A stretch of 64,000 bases of DNA from contig OZ038378.1 of NCBI GenBank assembly GCA_964036045.1, forward strand, positions 168,640,001 through 168,704,000, in the 5' to 3' direction. Made by a program: the position numbers and the translations under genes. The notes under the pieces are model-generated. The model did not search any database. It saw only the letters and a list, made by a program, of their open reading frames with translations, and was not told the DNA's origin. This DNA comes from Eutreptiella sp. 'Long Island Sound 2002' (Eukaryota > Protista > Euglenida). Shown in pieces: positions 1 to 11,957 of the stretch (positions are counted from its first letter, which is position 1; the number at the start of each line of letters is the position of its first letter).

Positions 1-77
1 TTGTTGCGGGGCTTGTTGCTGCCGTCACTTGGCAATCAGACCGAGTTGTCTTGGCACCTGAATCGATTATGTCCGTA

Positions 78-300
78 CCCATTGTACACCATTCTACACC
101 ATCCTAAACCATCCTACACCCATTGTAGACCTGCGTACACCCATCCCACCCCATCCCACACCCATCGTACACCCACCATCATACACCCATTGTGCACCAG
201 CATACACTCCTCCTGCACCATCGTACACCCATTGTACGCCCATCATCACACACCCATTGTACACCATGGAATACCCGTCGCGCACGCATTGTACTCCCAT
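78..300. repeat. Degenerate minisatellite (CCATTGTACAC / CCATCGTACAC units)
   Basis: Repeated ccat(t/c)gtacacc motifs visible directly. Confidence 0.6.
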
Positions 301-1311
301 CCAGACCATTGCTTACCGACGGGGGGGGGGGTGTCGTTTTGGGGCTTCCTGGGGACTAGCTGATCCGCCCACCCACGCGAGCTGACCCCCCTCCCTACCC
401 CCCAGCAGGGGGGGGGGGGGGGATGCCTCATGTCTCATCCCGAAACGCAAACAAAGTGTGTATCTCAGCTGTACTCTCCAGATGGAAGAGACCTTGTGTT
501 CTATTTTGCAGCCAACCTCTTTCCATAGTCACCATTTTTCAGATGCTCCACCAAAGCACCACAATCACAAAGCAGTTTGGCAAGCCTGATCTGAAAATTG
601 ACACGACGTGCAGGAGACACTCCCTGCTATTGATTTTGAGGACAGGAGAGAGTTGTTGCAGTGGTGGTAGGAGAGGAACGCTGAAACGGACAAGATTAAG
701 CAGAATAAGGCAACGGAACATTTCCTCCCAAAGTGGGGTCCGCCAACAATCCAGAGTGTGTTGTGACAAAAGTAGACGAGCTCCAATGGCACAGGATGGG
801 GAACCACCTGAGGGTTTTCTTGCCATGAGCATTTTGGGGAGGACTGTGGGCTGAATTGTGAGGAGACCCCCCAGGAATGCCATGTGCATGCGCACCAACG
901 CCATCCAGGGCCACACTGTCTATTGTGTGAAATTCACACAATAGTCCCCTACATAATGCAGCTGCATCCTGTGACCACACCTCCATTATCGTAGGGATTG
1001 GGACATTGAGGTCATTCTATTGGGATGGGGTGATGCCAGGGGCTCAGGCCATGTTGGAGGGTCGGCCCTGCACTCCTCGATTTTAGGCTCAGGCCATAGT
1101 AGAGGGTGGCCTTGCTCTTCTCGATCTTGGGGGCTCAGGCCGTATTGGAGGGTGGACCCAGGTTTCCCCAGAAACCCCAGTTTGGCTCCACTGACCTTCT
1201 CTTCACAGTGTGCAGTCCGTCCGTCAGATGGAAGTTGTCTTTTACTGTGCCGTGTCAGGAGGGAAGCGTAGCTAGGGAAACCAGCCAAACCTTGCACTTC
1301 TGCCTCACATA

Positions 1312-1528
1312 CCTTATACCCCCCCTTGCAATCCCCCCCCCCTGGGGGCGAACGGTCACTTGGCCCAAAAGGCATAGAAAATACTCGGCGCCAAAGAAAA
1401 CTTTAACAAGGCGCCGAAGCTGATTCACACTGCGATACTATGGTACAGTTTTGTGGTGCAATCCCCCCCTAGGGGGGGGGGGGGGGGCGTCACGACATTG
1501 GTGGGGAGATTACAAGGGGGGTGTAAGG
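1312..1528. mobile_element. Tc1/mariner-type (Stowaway-like) MITE
   Basis: Imperfect terminal inverted repeats ccttatacccc..ttgcaatc and gattacaa..gggtgtaagg, with TA on both flanks. Confidence 0.65.
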
Positions 1529-1619
1529 TACATGCTGCGTGTCTGACACTGTCCCGCACGGATGCACAAACACAGTTGCATTACGTTACAGGCCCATATG
1601 CCTTGAGACATCTCATGCG

Positions 1620-1912
1620 ATGGCGGAAGCCATTACACCGTATCAGCAACAGCTTTTGGAGCGGCATCATTTAAGGCTGCAGTACAGCCAGGCCCAAGGT
1701 CGGTACTTGGTAACGACTAAGGCCCTCAAGGCGGGGGACGTGGCATTGCGCAGTCCGCCATACATCACCGTTGCGAAGCACGGCTACTGTGATCGCTGCT
1801 TTGCGAAGAAATCCGATGCGGGCGCGGATCTGCAGAGCTGTTCCCGTTGCAAGCGCGCAATGTACTGCAGCCCCGCGTGCCAGGCCGCAGCCTGGAAGAG
1901 CCATCATAAGCG
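1620..1912 (+). CDS. SMYD exon 1 (SET-N + MYND zinc finger)
   Basis: MAEAITPYQ...HHKR; donor CG|GTCTCT at 1913. Confidence 0.88.
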
Positions 1913-4900
1913 GTCTCTTTCTGTGCTCGGCTTCCCTACCTCCCCCCGTACCTCCCTCCACCTTCTCTCGCTCTCTCTATCGCTCTGACGCCTGAGTGTG
2001 TCGTGATGGTAGGCCATTGCAGGGGCACTCCCCTGGCCTTCGGGTTGAGGCAGACGCGAAAACGCCTCCAATGATGCACCCCTTGCCCCCAGGCGCCGTA
2101 CACCGACTGAAATGTTGCGTCTTATATCACGGCCACGGTGGTCCTGTCCTGGTCCCGGAACAACACCCGGAAGGCCATGGGGCGTCAGGCAACGGGGGAA
2201 GTAGGGGGGTCTCTCTGTTAGAGCCCTCCAAAAGTCTGGGGCGGCCGGGCTGGGGGCTCAATTGACCGGGACTAATTATCAGTCACCATGAGATCTGGTG
2301 CCAAAGGCGCCAATGAAATTTCTTTGGGGTCAAAAATGGTCAAGAAAATTTTCACCCAATCGCAGACCCGTGACGCTGTATTCCGACCCCCGTGGCCGCG
2401 CTGATCCCAAAGTTGCCATCGTTCTTTTTCTGAAATTTCGGGTCTGGGGCCATTGCGGGAAGCTTCAAGGGGGGCCGGTCCATCTATCGGCTGAGCCCCT
2501 TGGCGGGAGGGGGGCTTGCAGCCAAGGCGAGAGCCCCAGGACCAGAAACCGGCATGAGAGGGGCGGCTACTCACCCGATAAATGAAGGAAGATGGCAGAG
2601 AAGTGGTGCACGCTGCACGGCCTCTGAGGGGGGGATCCTCGACGCGGATGACGGTGGGAGGCAGGGGCCGTTGGATTCACTTGCGCGGCGGCATACCCGA
2701 CCCATTTGTCGTGCGTCGTACGTCCGTGGCGCGCTGGCGTAGTCGCGCTTCTCCTCAGGGAGTGCGCGATTTGGCAGAAGCTGGTGCCCACCTACGGCGC
2801 GAAAAACCCCGAACTCGACGAGCTCTTGGTCGTCGTCCGCGTGCTCCAAAAACGTGCACTGGAGCCCCCCGGGGGCCCCGTGGACGGCCTTGGCTTTGCG
2901 GACGTCGCTGGGATGGTGGCGAACCGCGACGCAGACCCGGACCGATACGAGGGCAACAGGCGGAAGGCGGCCGCGCTGCTTCCTTTCTACAGGTCGCCCC
3001 CCCCCTCCCCCACTCTCACCCGCCAGCGCTCGTGTGGTACAATCCAAGTGCTTGGCGATAAGAGGCCGAAGGAGACAAGCAGCGATGGTGATGAGTGGGA
3101 CACGCATTCCGCTCTCGCCCACAACAGCCCCCCCCCCCCCCCCCCCACACACACACCGCCAACCCCACCTGACCGTGACCCATTGAGGCCTGGCCGATGG
3201 AGTGCCAGCCCTGTGCAAGGGCCTAAGGGGTAGCGAGGAGGGTGATGTGTCAGATCCGCTACCACGCCATCGTGGGATCATCGGAGCACTGGACAGCTCT
3301 GAACCTTGATTCCAAGGGGTTATCTTGAGTACTGTGAAGTGAGCAGGCTACGCCAGCTCATCTTAGTCTGAACACCCCCCCAAAAGAAAAAGGGTAGCGA
3401 GGAGGGTGATGTCGTGGAATGAAGGCCAGCTGTCGTTGGCCGGAAAAACACGGCCAAACTTGAACAATGAGCCCATCGAAGAAAGCCTTATACTACCAAC
3501 AGCCGTGAGACCTGCCGCACATTGCTGCATGTGCATCCCCAGACGTGGGTGTGTGGAGCGCTCCTCGACCTGCGTGCCCCCCCCCCCGCCCCCCACCGCA
3601 CTCGGCCAGTGGTTCAGTGGTTATGGAGCTATGCTTCCACGCTGGGGCTTGTCCCAGTTACACTCACCACTGTTCCCGATGACCGCAGGCGCCAGAGCGG
3701 TGACGGCCCGTGCGGTACTGTGGTAGGGAACGCACATCGTTTAAGACACGGTCTGGGATCGTGCATCGGGCGCCCGTCTACGGACGCTGCCACGGCTCCG
3801 TCGAGAACCGAAGTGGAGTGTCCGATGGCGGCGTCAGGGGTGCCCAGACTCCGGTCAAACACGAGAGGCGTGGCGAGGGACCCGGCGTAGGGCCCATGGC
3901 TCCTCCTCCTCCTCCTCCTCCTCCTCCTCCTCCCCCGCCGACCACCTCTTGTCCCCGCCCAACACGACCAACGACAGCAAGTCGCACAAAAGACATGGCG
4001 CTGGGCCGCTCGTGCTCGACGAGGCCCAACCCGCCGTTGTGCATCACCCCCTCCTCTGTTACCCCCTCGACGACCAATTCGTGGATCGCTGCGGACGGGG
4101 TGCGGGGGCGCAGTGCGTACCTTTGGGACAATGGTGTGGGTCTCTCGGCGGATAGACCCCCTGCGAAAAAGCCCTGAGCAACGGCAGGTGTGCAAGACAA
4201 ATAGCGGTCATATGGTCATCCGTTCATGAGAGTACGTTAGCGCGCCGCGCGCGCCGGTCAGATTTTTCCCCGATTCTCCCAGTGGTCCCCCCTTTTGTCC
4301 CATTTTTTGTGGATGTGCCGGGGACTCCCGAGAAGGCAGGGGTGATGTAGCCATTCCGCCCAAACGTGGACCCCCGAGACGGCAGGGGTTCGGTCGCCTG
4401 GGCCAGAGGAGGGAGTGATGTTCGGGGGTAAAGCATTGGGATCGATGGCCGGAACGTTGATTTGGATGCCGGGCACGCCAGGCAAACGTACCCTCCATGT
4501 CCCAATGACGGCCTCTGTGCCCTGTCATTGATCAGCTTCGGGCAGCCGACAGTTGTGTTGGGGTGACTGGGGTCGGCCTTCTGCTTCAGGGGATGAGTGG
4601 GATGGGCCCCGGGGGCGTCGCGCAGAGCGCGCACCGATGGTCCCACGTCGAGCAAGCGTCAGGCCCACGGATCGGTACGAGGCACGGCCGTCCGCGAACC
4701 GAATCGCGTGGTCGTCGAAGGGCATCGAAAGCGCCCATAGCCTGTCCGCAAACCGTCCGGGCCGATGACGCGGCGTGTCGTGACCCACCAAACCCCCTGC
4801 GCCGAAGACGTCCACGTGGACGCGTCGGTGTTTCCCGGCCGGAGTCATGTGCGTTGCCCCGGTCTACTGGGCCTCCCCCGCCGCCCCCCCCCCCCCCCCC

Positions 4901-5979
4901 GGGATGCATTCGAAGGGAAGGGACCTCAGAGGCGGCCCCAGAAGCAGTTAGGCAGGCGGTTGGAGGAGGTTGCCGAAGCGGTTGGGGGCGATCACTGTCG
5001 GTTACAAATGCCATTGAAGCTGGCACTTGGCGTCAGGGAGACAGTAACTGGGCGTAGGGTGGGCGCCCTGGGGGGGGGCGGGGGGTACCTCCCCTCCTTC
5101 CAATGCATCCCCCCCCCCTATCCCTCACCACCACAACCCCCGTACAGCCCCGGCTTCACCGTGGACGACCTTGCGGTCCTGCTGTGCCGCATGGAGTGCA
5201 ACAACTTCTCCGTGTGGGACGACGTCCTGTTCGCGTACGCGGCGGCGGTGTTCCCCGTCGGGGCGCTGGCCAATCACTCGTGCACGCCCGCGTGCGTCAT
5301 CCTCTACGACGCCGGGACGCGGACGCAGGAGCTCCACTGCCTCCGCGACGTGGCCGCGGGGGACGAGATCACGCACGCGTACATCGACATCGCGTGCCCG
5401 GCGGCGCAGCGTCGGCAGCAGCTCGCGGAGCGGTACTACTTCCGCTGCGAGTGCGCGCACTGCGCGTCGCCGCTGGCGATCGACGCGCTGTTCGGTGCCG
5501 CACGGGACGGGACCGTGCACGACCCGCAGGCGGCCGGCGCGGAAATGCAGACCGCGCAGCGGCTGCACGCCCGAGGGGTGAGCTACCAGTACGGCCCGGC
5601 AGAGTCCAGGGACATGCTCGCGAAGGCGCACGCGGCGTACCGCCGGCATCTTCACCCGCGGAACTTGTCATTGATGTCGCTGACGTGCCATTATCTGAAT
5701 CTGTGCCTCGAGGCGCAGGATTGGGAGACGGCGTACGGCCTGTGCGCCGACGTTGTGGCGTCGTACGCCGCGGTGTACCCCCCGAACCACCCGATGATCG
5801 GGCTGCAGTACTGCACGTTGGCCGACGTGGCGGACATGCTGCGGCGGCCCGAGTGCTTCGGGCGGCACCTGCGGGAGGCCCATCGGCTTCTGACGATTTC
5901 GCACGGGACGCAGAACCCGCTGGTCCAGTCCATTGCAGAGCGGCTGCGGCAGGAGCGCCTGTTGGGCCCCGACGACTGA
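1620..5979 (+). CDS. SMYD-family SET/MYND lysine methyltransferase, 3 exons: join(1620..1912,2759..2992,5148..5979), 452 aa
   Basis: Exon 1 has SET-N (GRYLVTTKALKAGD) and the MYND finger (CDRC..CSRCKRAMYCSPACQ..W..HHKR). Exon 2 continues with EC. Exon 3 has NNF, ANHSC, EITHAY, post-SET CECAHC and a helical C-terminal domain. Both introns are GT..AG, both phase 2, and the total length of 1359 nt is divisible by 3. The start codon choice is inferred. Confidence 0.9.
2759..2992 (+). CDS. SMYD exon 2
   Basis: Acceptor cttctcctcAG at 2758; ECAIWQKLV...LPFY; donor AG|GTCGCC at 2993. Confidence 0.85.
3249..3391 (+). mobile_element. 5'-truncated non-LTR retroelement 3' end with A-rich tail
   Basis: Flanked by a 21-bp direct repeat gggtagcgaggagggtgatgt (3228-3248 and 3392-3412); ends in aaaagaaaaa; encodes CQIRYHAIVGS...GLS*, related to 29008-29038. 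Confidence 0.65.
4899..5113. mobile_element. hAT-type MITE, longer copy
   Basis: TIRs gggatgcatt..gaagg and ccttccaatgcatccc, embedded in poly-C; body closely matches 27071-27179. Confidence 0.75.
5148..5979 (+). CDS. SMYD exon 3 (SET-C, post-SET, C-terminal helical domain)
   Basis: Acceptor cgtacAG at 5147; NHSC and CxCxxC motifs; GC3-rich codons; TGA at 5977-5979. Confidence 0.92.
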
Positions 5980-8900
5980 GGGCGGTCGTGCCATTACTGA
6001 CACCGATACGACGTCGTGAGGATGGCATGGGCGACGGGAGCGACGAATATGAGGGGCCCAACTGTATGTAAGGCCCGAACGGCTGCTGCAGCGGAAGATG
6101 GTGGCGCGGTGTAAGGCTGGTGAAGACTCTACTGGGCAGGAGGGGGGGGGGGGGGGGCTTGGAGCCCCCGCAACTTTCGGAACTTTCGGGAGGGGGTTGC
6201 GGAAAGGGGCTCCAAGGGCCACAAGCTTCCTCAATACCAATGCCTGAAATCTTGCCTCCAACGATTTCAAATTGCTGCGGTTCGGTTTCCTCCTGCGTGG
6301 CATATGGGCACCAGCATTATGACTGGGTGTGCGGAAGTGTGGGCCTGCATTTCAGGTTTGGCAAGGGGGATGCGGCAAGTAATTAATGGCTCCAACACGT
6401 GGCAGGGCAGTTCTGCTATGTGATGTGAGAAACCAATGATGGAACAAAGAGAGCCGGCCCTTGGAGCCCCCTCCAGGGGAGGGCGGTTTAGAAAAGGGGC
6501 TCCACCCCCCCCCCAAAAGTAAATTTTGCGGGAGCCTAACCGCCTCGGAGGAGCACGTATCGACTCTGGAGTTTTCTTTGTGGAGTAGCAGTAGGTAGTC
6601 ACAACCGTGGCTCACAGTGGAGAAGGGCCCAGCCTTGTTCAGTATCCTGGGGTCTCTGCATGAGGATCTGTTCAAGCGTTTTCTGGCGGAAGGGGGGTTG
6701 CGAACATCTTGAAAGTCAGGTGGTCGCATCGCTGATCTACAAAATGCATGCGTCCACTTGGTCGTCCCAACCTTGCGAAACAAGGCGTCTTTTGCATGCA
6801 GCCCTTCTCTCCTTCTCAGGCGATGAATGGCAATCTGGGCCATCACATGGCAGTATAAATGGATTTCAACCGAAAGCCTATGGGTATGAGCAGCAAGAAA
6901 AAGGGGCAGGCCCATCTACCGTATGACTGACACGTGATAGTCTGGTGCTGGAATGGCGGTTTGTTAAGCAGGAGCCCCCCCACCCCCACCCCCTCTTCTG
7001 GCCTCCTCTCTTATGTCTGAGCCACGAATTGGTTTTTGGGCAAAAGTGTTTGGGTCATTTCCCATTGTGGCCAAAAAGAAAGCCGAAAACTTTGTTTCGG
7101 CGCCACGAATTCTGCAATTGCACTGGCACAAGCAAACCTCCAATTCCTCCTCCTCCTTTTCAAGCACACACCTGCTGACCAGGGATGGAGCATGAAGAAG
7201 GTTCAGGGGGGGGGGGGGATGCTGGCTGTCCGGTAATCTGTTTGAAGGTTTGATGCACGCTGCAGCTGCGCTGTACCACACCCGGCACAGTGCGTGAGAG
7301 GACCACCAGCTTGGAATGGAGACGATGCCCCTCTCTGGCTTTGATGCAGGCTCAGCGATAAAGGAAGGGGGCCTAACAGGCGCCGTGTGCACTGTGTGCA
7401 GAAATTAGCCATTCTTGGGGCTCCCACTCGGCGAGCACCCAAGGTCATCAATATAAAGGCGGTGTCCGCCGAATGGTGTATCGGGTTCTGTGTTTGCACA
7501 TGCAGTGCCTCTGTCACGGCTTGAGCCTTTGGCTACAAATACGGGCACCACAAGGCCGCTGAGTATTCCCGCCACAACGCCAAGATGGATCGAGTACGGG
7601 GTGATGACACAAGTAAACAAGTCACAAGATGTGGTAAATCCTTCAAGTGTTGTGTATCAGCTCTGCATGTTGAACGGTAGTGCTGTTGATGAGGTGCTGT
7701 CGTCGCTTGAATCACCCTGTCGGTCCCGCTGTGTAGGCCTTTTGGGGGGCTATGGTGCGCAAACTTTCAGGTGAATGACCCCACAGGTGGGCCCACACTG
7801 TACACAAACCCCCTCGAGATGCCATGTGGCATCTAAGGCCAAAATGGATGAACGCAACGAATCGAAACCAATGCACCCATAGCATGGGAGGTGTCAATTG
7901 GTCCTACGCGCAGAAGAGTGATGCATAGCATGAAAATCCATCAAGCAACCACGTCTGTTTGAGGCACAGTATTCAGTGTGCCATGTGAGGTGAGGCGAGG
8001 TGAGGTGAGGTGAGGTGCAGGTGAGGTGCAGGTGCAGGTGATTGAATGAATCAATTTTTCAATGGTGCCCTTGTAAAGCAGTGTTGCACCAACAATGTTG
8101 CCATTCACTTGGCTGCAATTTTGTAGTGCATGGTGCAAGCACCTTATCTTTTGGCATGCCACATTAGCTTGTTGACTGTGTTTGTCTATTTTTGGTAGGT
8201 GGCCGAAAACATTGGGGGAACCATTGCCATGGGGGACGGATTCAGATGTCTGTTGCTGCTGGGCCTACCAGCAGCCTGCATCACAGTTGCCTCTGTGTCA
8301 GCTTCATGAAAAATCCATGCAGTCTACATTGCATGCACACAACATGATGAGGGAATGCAATTCATGCAGCACAGACATTTGGCACCACGGTGGCTACCAG
8401 CACCCACCGGATTCTTTTTACATGATGTATTGAGAATGCTTTGCCCGCAGTGCACCTGCAGTGCAAATTTTTGTATGTCGGCAAATACTCATTTCCCTTA
8501 CCCCATTGCCCTCACTTTGTTACCCACTATACCGATAGTATGCCTATATGCATTTTCTACAGGGATTTCAGGCATCTCAGAATCAGATTGTTCTACTGTG
8601 TTGCTGCATCCGCATGTGTTGCTTGATGTTTCCTCCCTCCATCTCCTCTTGGTGGTCTTTGATACATGATGTATGGCCTGCCACACGGACCACTAGGATA
8701 GTAAAAATAATTTCCCGTGAACCCACCCAACTCAAGAGGTGGGCACCCAACCCACCTATCCACAACTAGAGGATTCGCTTCTCAAAAGGCAAACATGTGT
8801 GTACACCCGGAAGTATCAACCAGCATGCTCGTCGGGCTTTTACGGCACACGCCGCTACTTCGTCCGCTATTTATCTTTCTCACCAAGGCCCATGTATGGC

Positions 8901-9302
8901 TCGCTGGTGCAACGCCAAGTGAATTGAGTGTGAGGGCTGTTGAGCAGTTGTATGGACCGAAAGTAGCAGTGGCAAATTTTTGTACTCTTTCAATCAGTTG
9001 TCAGTGTATTTTGCGATGCTGGGGAAACTATGTGGGACTCTCCCCCCCCTCTTGTATAAGCTACGGCCTTGTCCAAGCTGCAGCAGGCGTAGGGATCGCA
9101 TTCATTTGGTACCTAATTCAATTCGATCCGAAATGTAGTGTAGCCTCATAAGACATTGATTTGGTCACGAATCTGCAAGTTACATAAGGTCATGGACATG
9201 TGTTTTGTGTCCTTGAGCTCCGCAGTCCTTCAGCATCTGCGCATCATCAAAGCAGCTCGGTGAGCGGGCGGATCTACCCTCCACACCCATATTGTACCCA
9301 TC

Positions 9303-9887
9303 ATGCGGATCGTGATGATACCGATCCGGCGCGGCCTTGATGACTGGTGCTTCAAATCCTTGACCGGCAAAATCATCGCCGGACGCGGGACGGTCACGTC
9401 CGAGGGCAGGGCGGCGGCGCTCGCGGACAACACGCCGACGCCCGACTTGCCCGAGGAACGGCGGTTGCCCGCCGACGAAATCGCGGCCAAGGCCCGGGAG
9501 GCCGCCGCCGCCCTCCCGGCGGCGGGTCATCCGTGCGCGATCCTGGACAGCGACACTGAGTTTACGGCGCTGACGAAACTGCAGGCACTGCACCCGGGAA
9601 CTGGGCCTCCACGGGGCAGCGTCAGAGGGACCGAGAGCAGGTGCGGGACCGCGTTGGTATTTCAGGACCTAGATCGGACGCTCGCCGAGCACTGGGCAAA
9701 GTGGCCCCCACAAGCGCAACGTCAGGTCTTGGAGGCCTTGGAGGCCTCGCCACAGGCCAGCAAGAATCAGGACAAGGGGACAGAAGAACAACCGTCCGAC
9801 GCAGCGTCGTCCAAGGGGGACGAACCGACCAAGTTGCCCGCCGAGGAGCCATCTCCATCGCCGGACAGCGCGTGCATGACCCTCTAG
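9303..9887 (+). CDS. Hypothetical GC-rich coding-like ORF (194 aa), possibly an exon or gene fragment
   Basis: GC3-rich codons in 9370-9585 and 9666-9760; no family recognised. Confidence 0.35.
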   Translation: MRIVMIPIRRGLDDWCFKSLTGKIIAGRGTVTSEGRAAALADNTPTPDLPEERRLPADEIAAKAREAAAALPAAGHPCAILDSDTEFTALTKLQALHPGTGPPRGSVRGTESRCGTALVFQDLDRTLAEHWAKWPPQAQRQVLEALEASPQASKNQDKGTEEQPSDAASSKGDEPTKLPAEEPSPSPDSACMTL

Positions 9888-11450
9888 ACTTGGAGATATC
9901 CCATACATTCGGTAGTAGACACCATCGTGTATTGAAAGAGCTTTTACAGGGGAGCCCCCAGCGCTGAAGCCCGACATGTTTGCTGTGAGCATGGTGCGCA
10001 GATAAGAACATCTGGCCGCTTGAGAGCTCTCTCAGGATATTGCTTCTGGGTCAAGAAACGATGGAAGAAGGGTTGTCCTTCCAATGCACAACGTTTTTTC
10101 TGTTGAACAGCAGGGCTTCCAGATCGCCATCGCCTCCATGGACAAACTTGCATCTGAAGAGGCTGCTGCCGGTATTGACTCAAGCATTGGTTGCTTTTTT
10201 TCTGCTTCTGGGTGCTTTTGCTGCGGGGGCTTCTAATATGATGAGGGGTATGACCCTGACTCCTCCTTGCCTCACAATTGCACACCCTGGGGTCATTGGA
10301 GTCATTGCTGCGAGGCAACTGCCAACGGACATCAATTGCGTTTCAGCACTCGACGAGTACCGTCGGTGGATTGCCATCCGCTAGCAATTTGTGATTATGA
10401 TTGCCCGACCATGGGCTATCAGCAGTTGACTGTGTTCCCAGACTGTCCTGATTTTGTCCCTGAAGGGACCCTATTGAGTTGGCCCCGGTTTCGCCCAGTT
10501 TGGTCAAGCCCGTGAAAATGAAGGGATTGGGGTGATGGATGACAGGATTTGAGGGTTAGAGGATTGCTTCCTTGCCTTTTCCTGTTGCTTGCGGCAATAG
10601 ATCTGGAAATGTAATGTAGTACCCAAGTCTCCTGCTGGTCTCCTGTACAGCAACCCTATATCACATTGTGTTCTTGTAAGTGTCTAAGAGACAGTTTTCT
10701 GCAGTGGTGACCACAGAACAATAAGTTGCGTAAATGCACATTGGGATTCATTCAGCACCCTTTGATCCCAGGGCTTCAAGGGCTTTTCTGTTACTTTTGG
10801 AAGTGTCCTAATCAATCTTGGAAATATCCGGTTAATTCTGTTGAATTGTTGGAAGTGTGTTGATATTTCTTGCTAATTGCCGGAATTGTCACGATCAATC
10901 CTTGAAGTGTCCTGATCAATCCTACGAGTGACCTATTCATTCTTGTTAATTCCGGAATTTTCCTCTTTTTCTTTTGATTTGGATGGGCTCATCACACAAA
11001 CAGGAATGAACAAGACTCTTCCAGGGTGCATCAGAATGCTTCCCGGGATGATTCAAACACTTTGTGGAAGTATCAAGAATTATTTGAACACTTCCAAGAA
11101 TGACCGAGGAGTAACAGGACGCCCGACGCCAACTACCCATCTTGGCTACCACCGTATGGAAGCACATTTTGAACACTCAAACAGAAGTAGTGAATCAAAC
11201 AAATCACCTGCAACGCAGCAATCAGCACCCAAGCCCAGCAGCATTGGCCCGTTCTCCACCTGCATCGACATTTTGAAGCAAAAGAATCGGACTATAAGCA
11301 GCGTAGTGTGGCCGGAACAATCGAATTATAACAGAGTATAGGATGTGGATGTACTTCCTTGGATCGTGCCATTGCCGTAATAAGGCAAGGCTATCACTTC
11401 AAAGTTTTTCTTTCTCACGTGCCGCGTACAAAATAAAGATTCAATCATCA

Positions 11451-11957
11451 ATGCCAAAAAACTTCAATCAATTAAGTGATGAGGTTGAGTCCATCAAAAA
11501 TTATCTCGGTTGGTCGGACATAGCATGCATGCAAATGACCAACAGAAGAATGCGTGAACTGATGAAGATGCCAATGACATGGGAGTGTATGTACACAGAA
11601 GAGCAGACCACAAATTCGTGCGACGTCTTTTGGTTTCACATTGCCAAGCTCATGAAGAAGTGGATCATAGACATGCATACACATGTTGCGCCCTTAGTAG
11701 CGCTAGGAACGATGTTTCAAATACCTGACACATTCACAGACATCGAGGTTGTCATCGATATGTACGGATATGGGTACCACAAGTTGTATCTGATATGGAA
11801 AACTGATTTGCAGGATCGCCGTGTGGGTGTCTTTTTACCCAGCGACCCAAACACATCAGAATTCATCAACCCACAATACCGCCGAATTTCTGATCTGAAT
11901 TTTGATCACAATGAGCACTATGAGTGTATAATTACCAACTACATCAAGGGCGCGTGA
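11451..11957 (+). CDS. Intronless AT-rich ORF with an N-terminal F-box-like motif (168 aa)
   Basis: LSDEVESIKNYLGWSDIACMQMTNRRMRELMKMPMTW fits the F-box pattern LPxE..I..YL...D....+.RRW+.L.....W. It lies inside the open 11343-11957 ORF and its codon usage differs from the GC-rich host exons. Confidence 0.6.
   Translation: MPKNFNQLSDEVESIKNYLGWSDIACMQMTNRRMRELMKMPMTWECMYTEEQTTNSCDVFWFHIAKLMKKWIIDMHTHVAPLVALGTMFQIPDTFTDIEVVIDMYGYGYHKLYLIWKTDLQDRRVGVFLPSDPNTSEFINPQYRRISDLNFDHNEHYECIITNYIKGA

Noticed and set aside
4765-5147. N-terminal part of the 404-aa ORF as SMYD coding sequence
   Set aside because: It runs through poly-C and a MITE. The acceptor at 5147 joins exon 2 in phase, so the upstream part is intron.
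5103-6071. Alternative-frame and antisense long ORFs over SMYD exon 3
   Set aside because: Typical stop-poor shadows of GC-rich coding sequence.
10190-10300. BIR domain (CFCCGG..DP..H)
   Set aside because: The H-x6-C spacing and the upstream AGF motif are missing.
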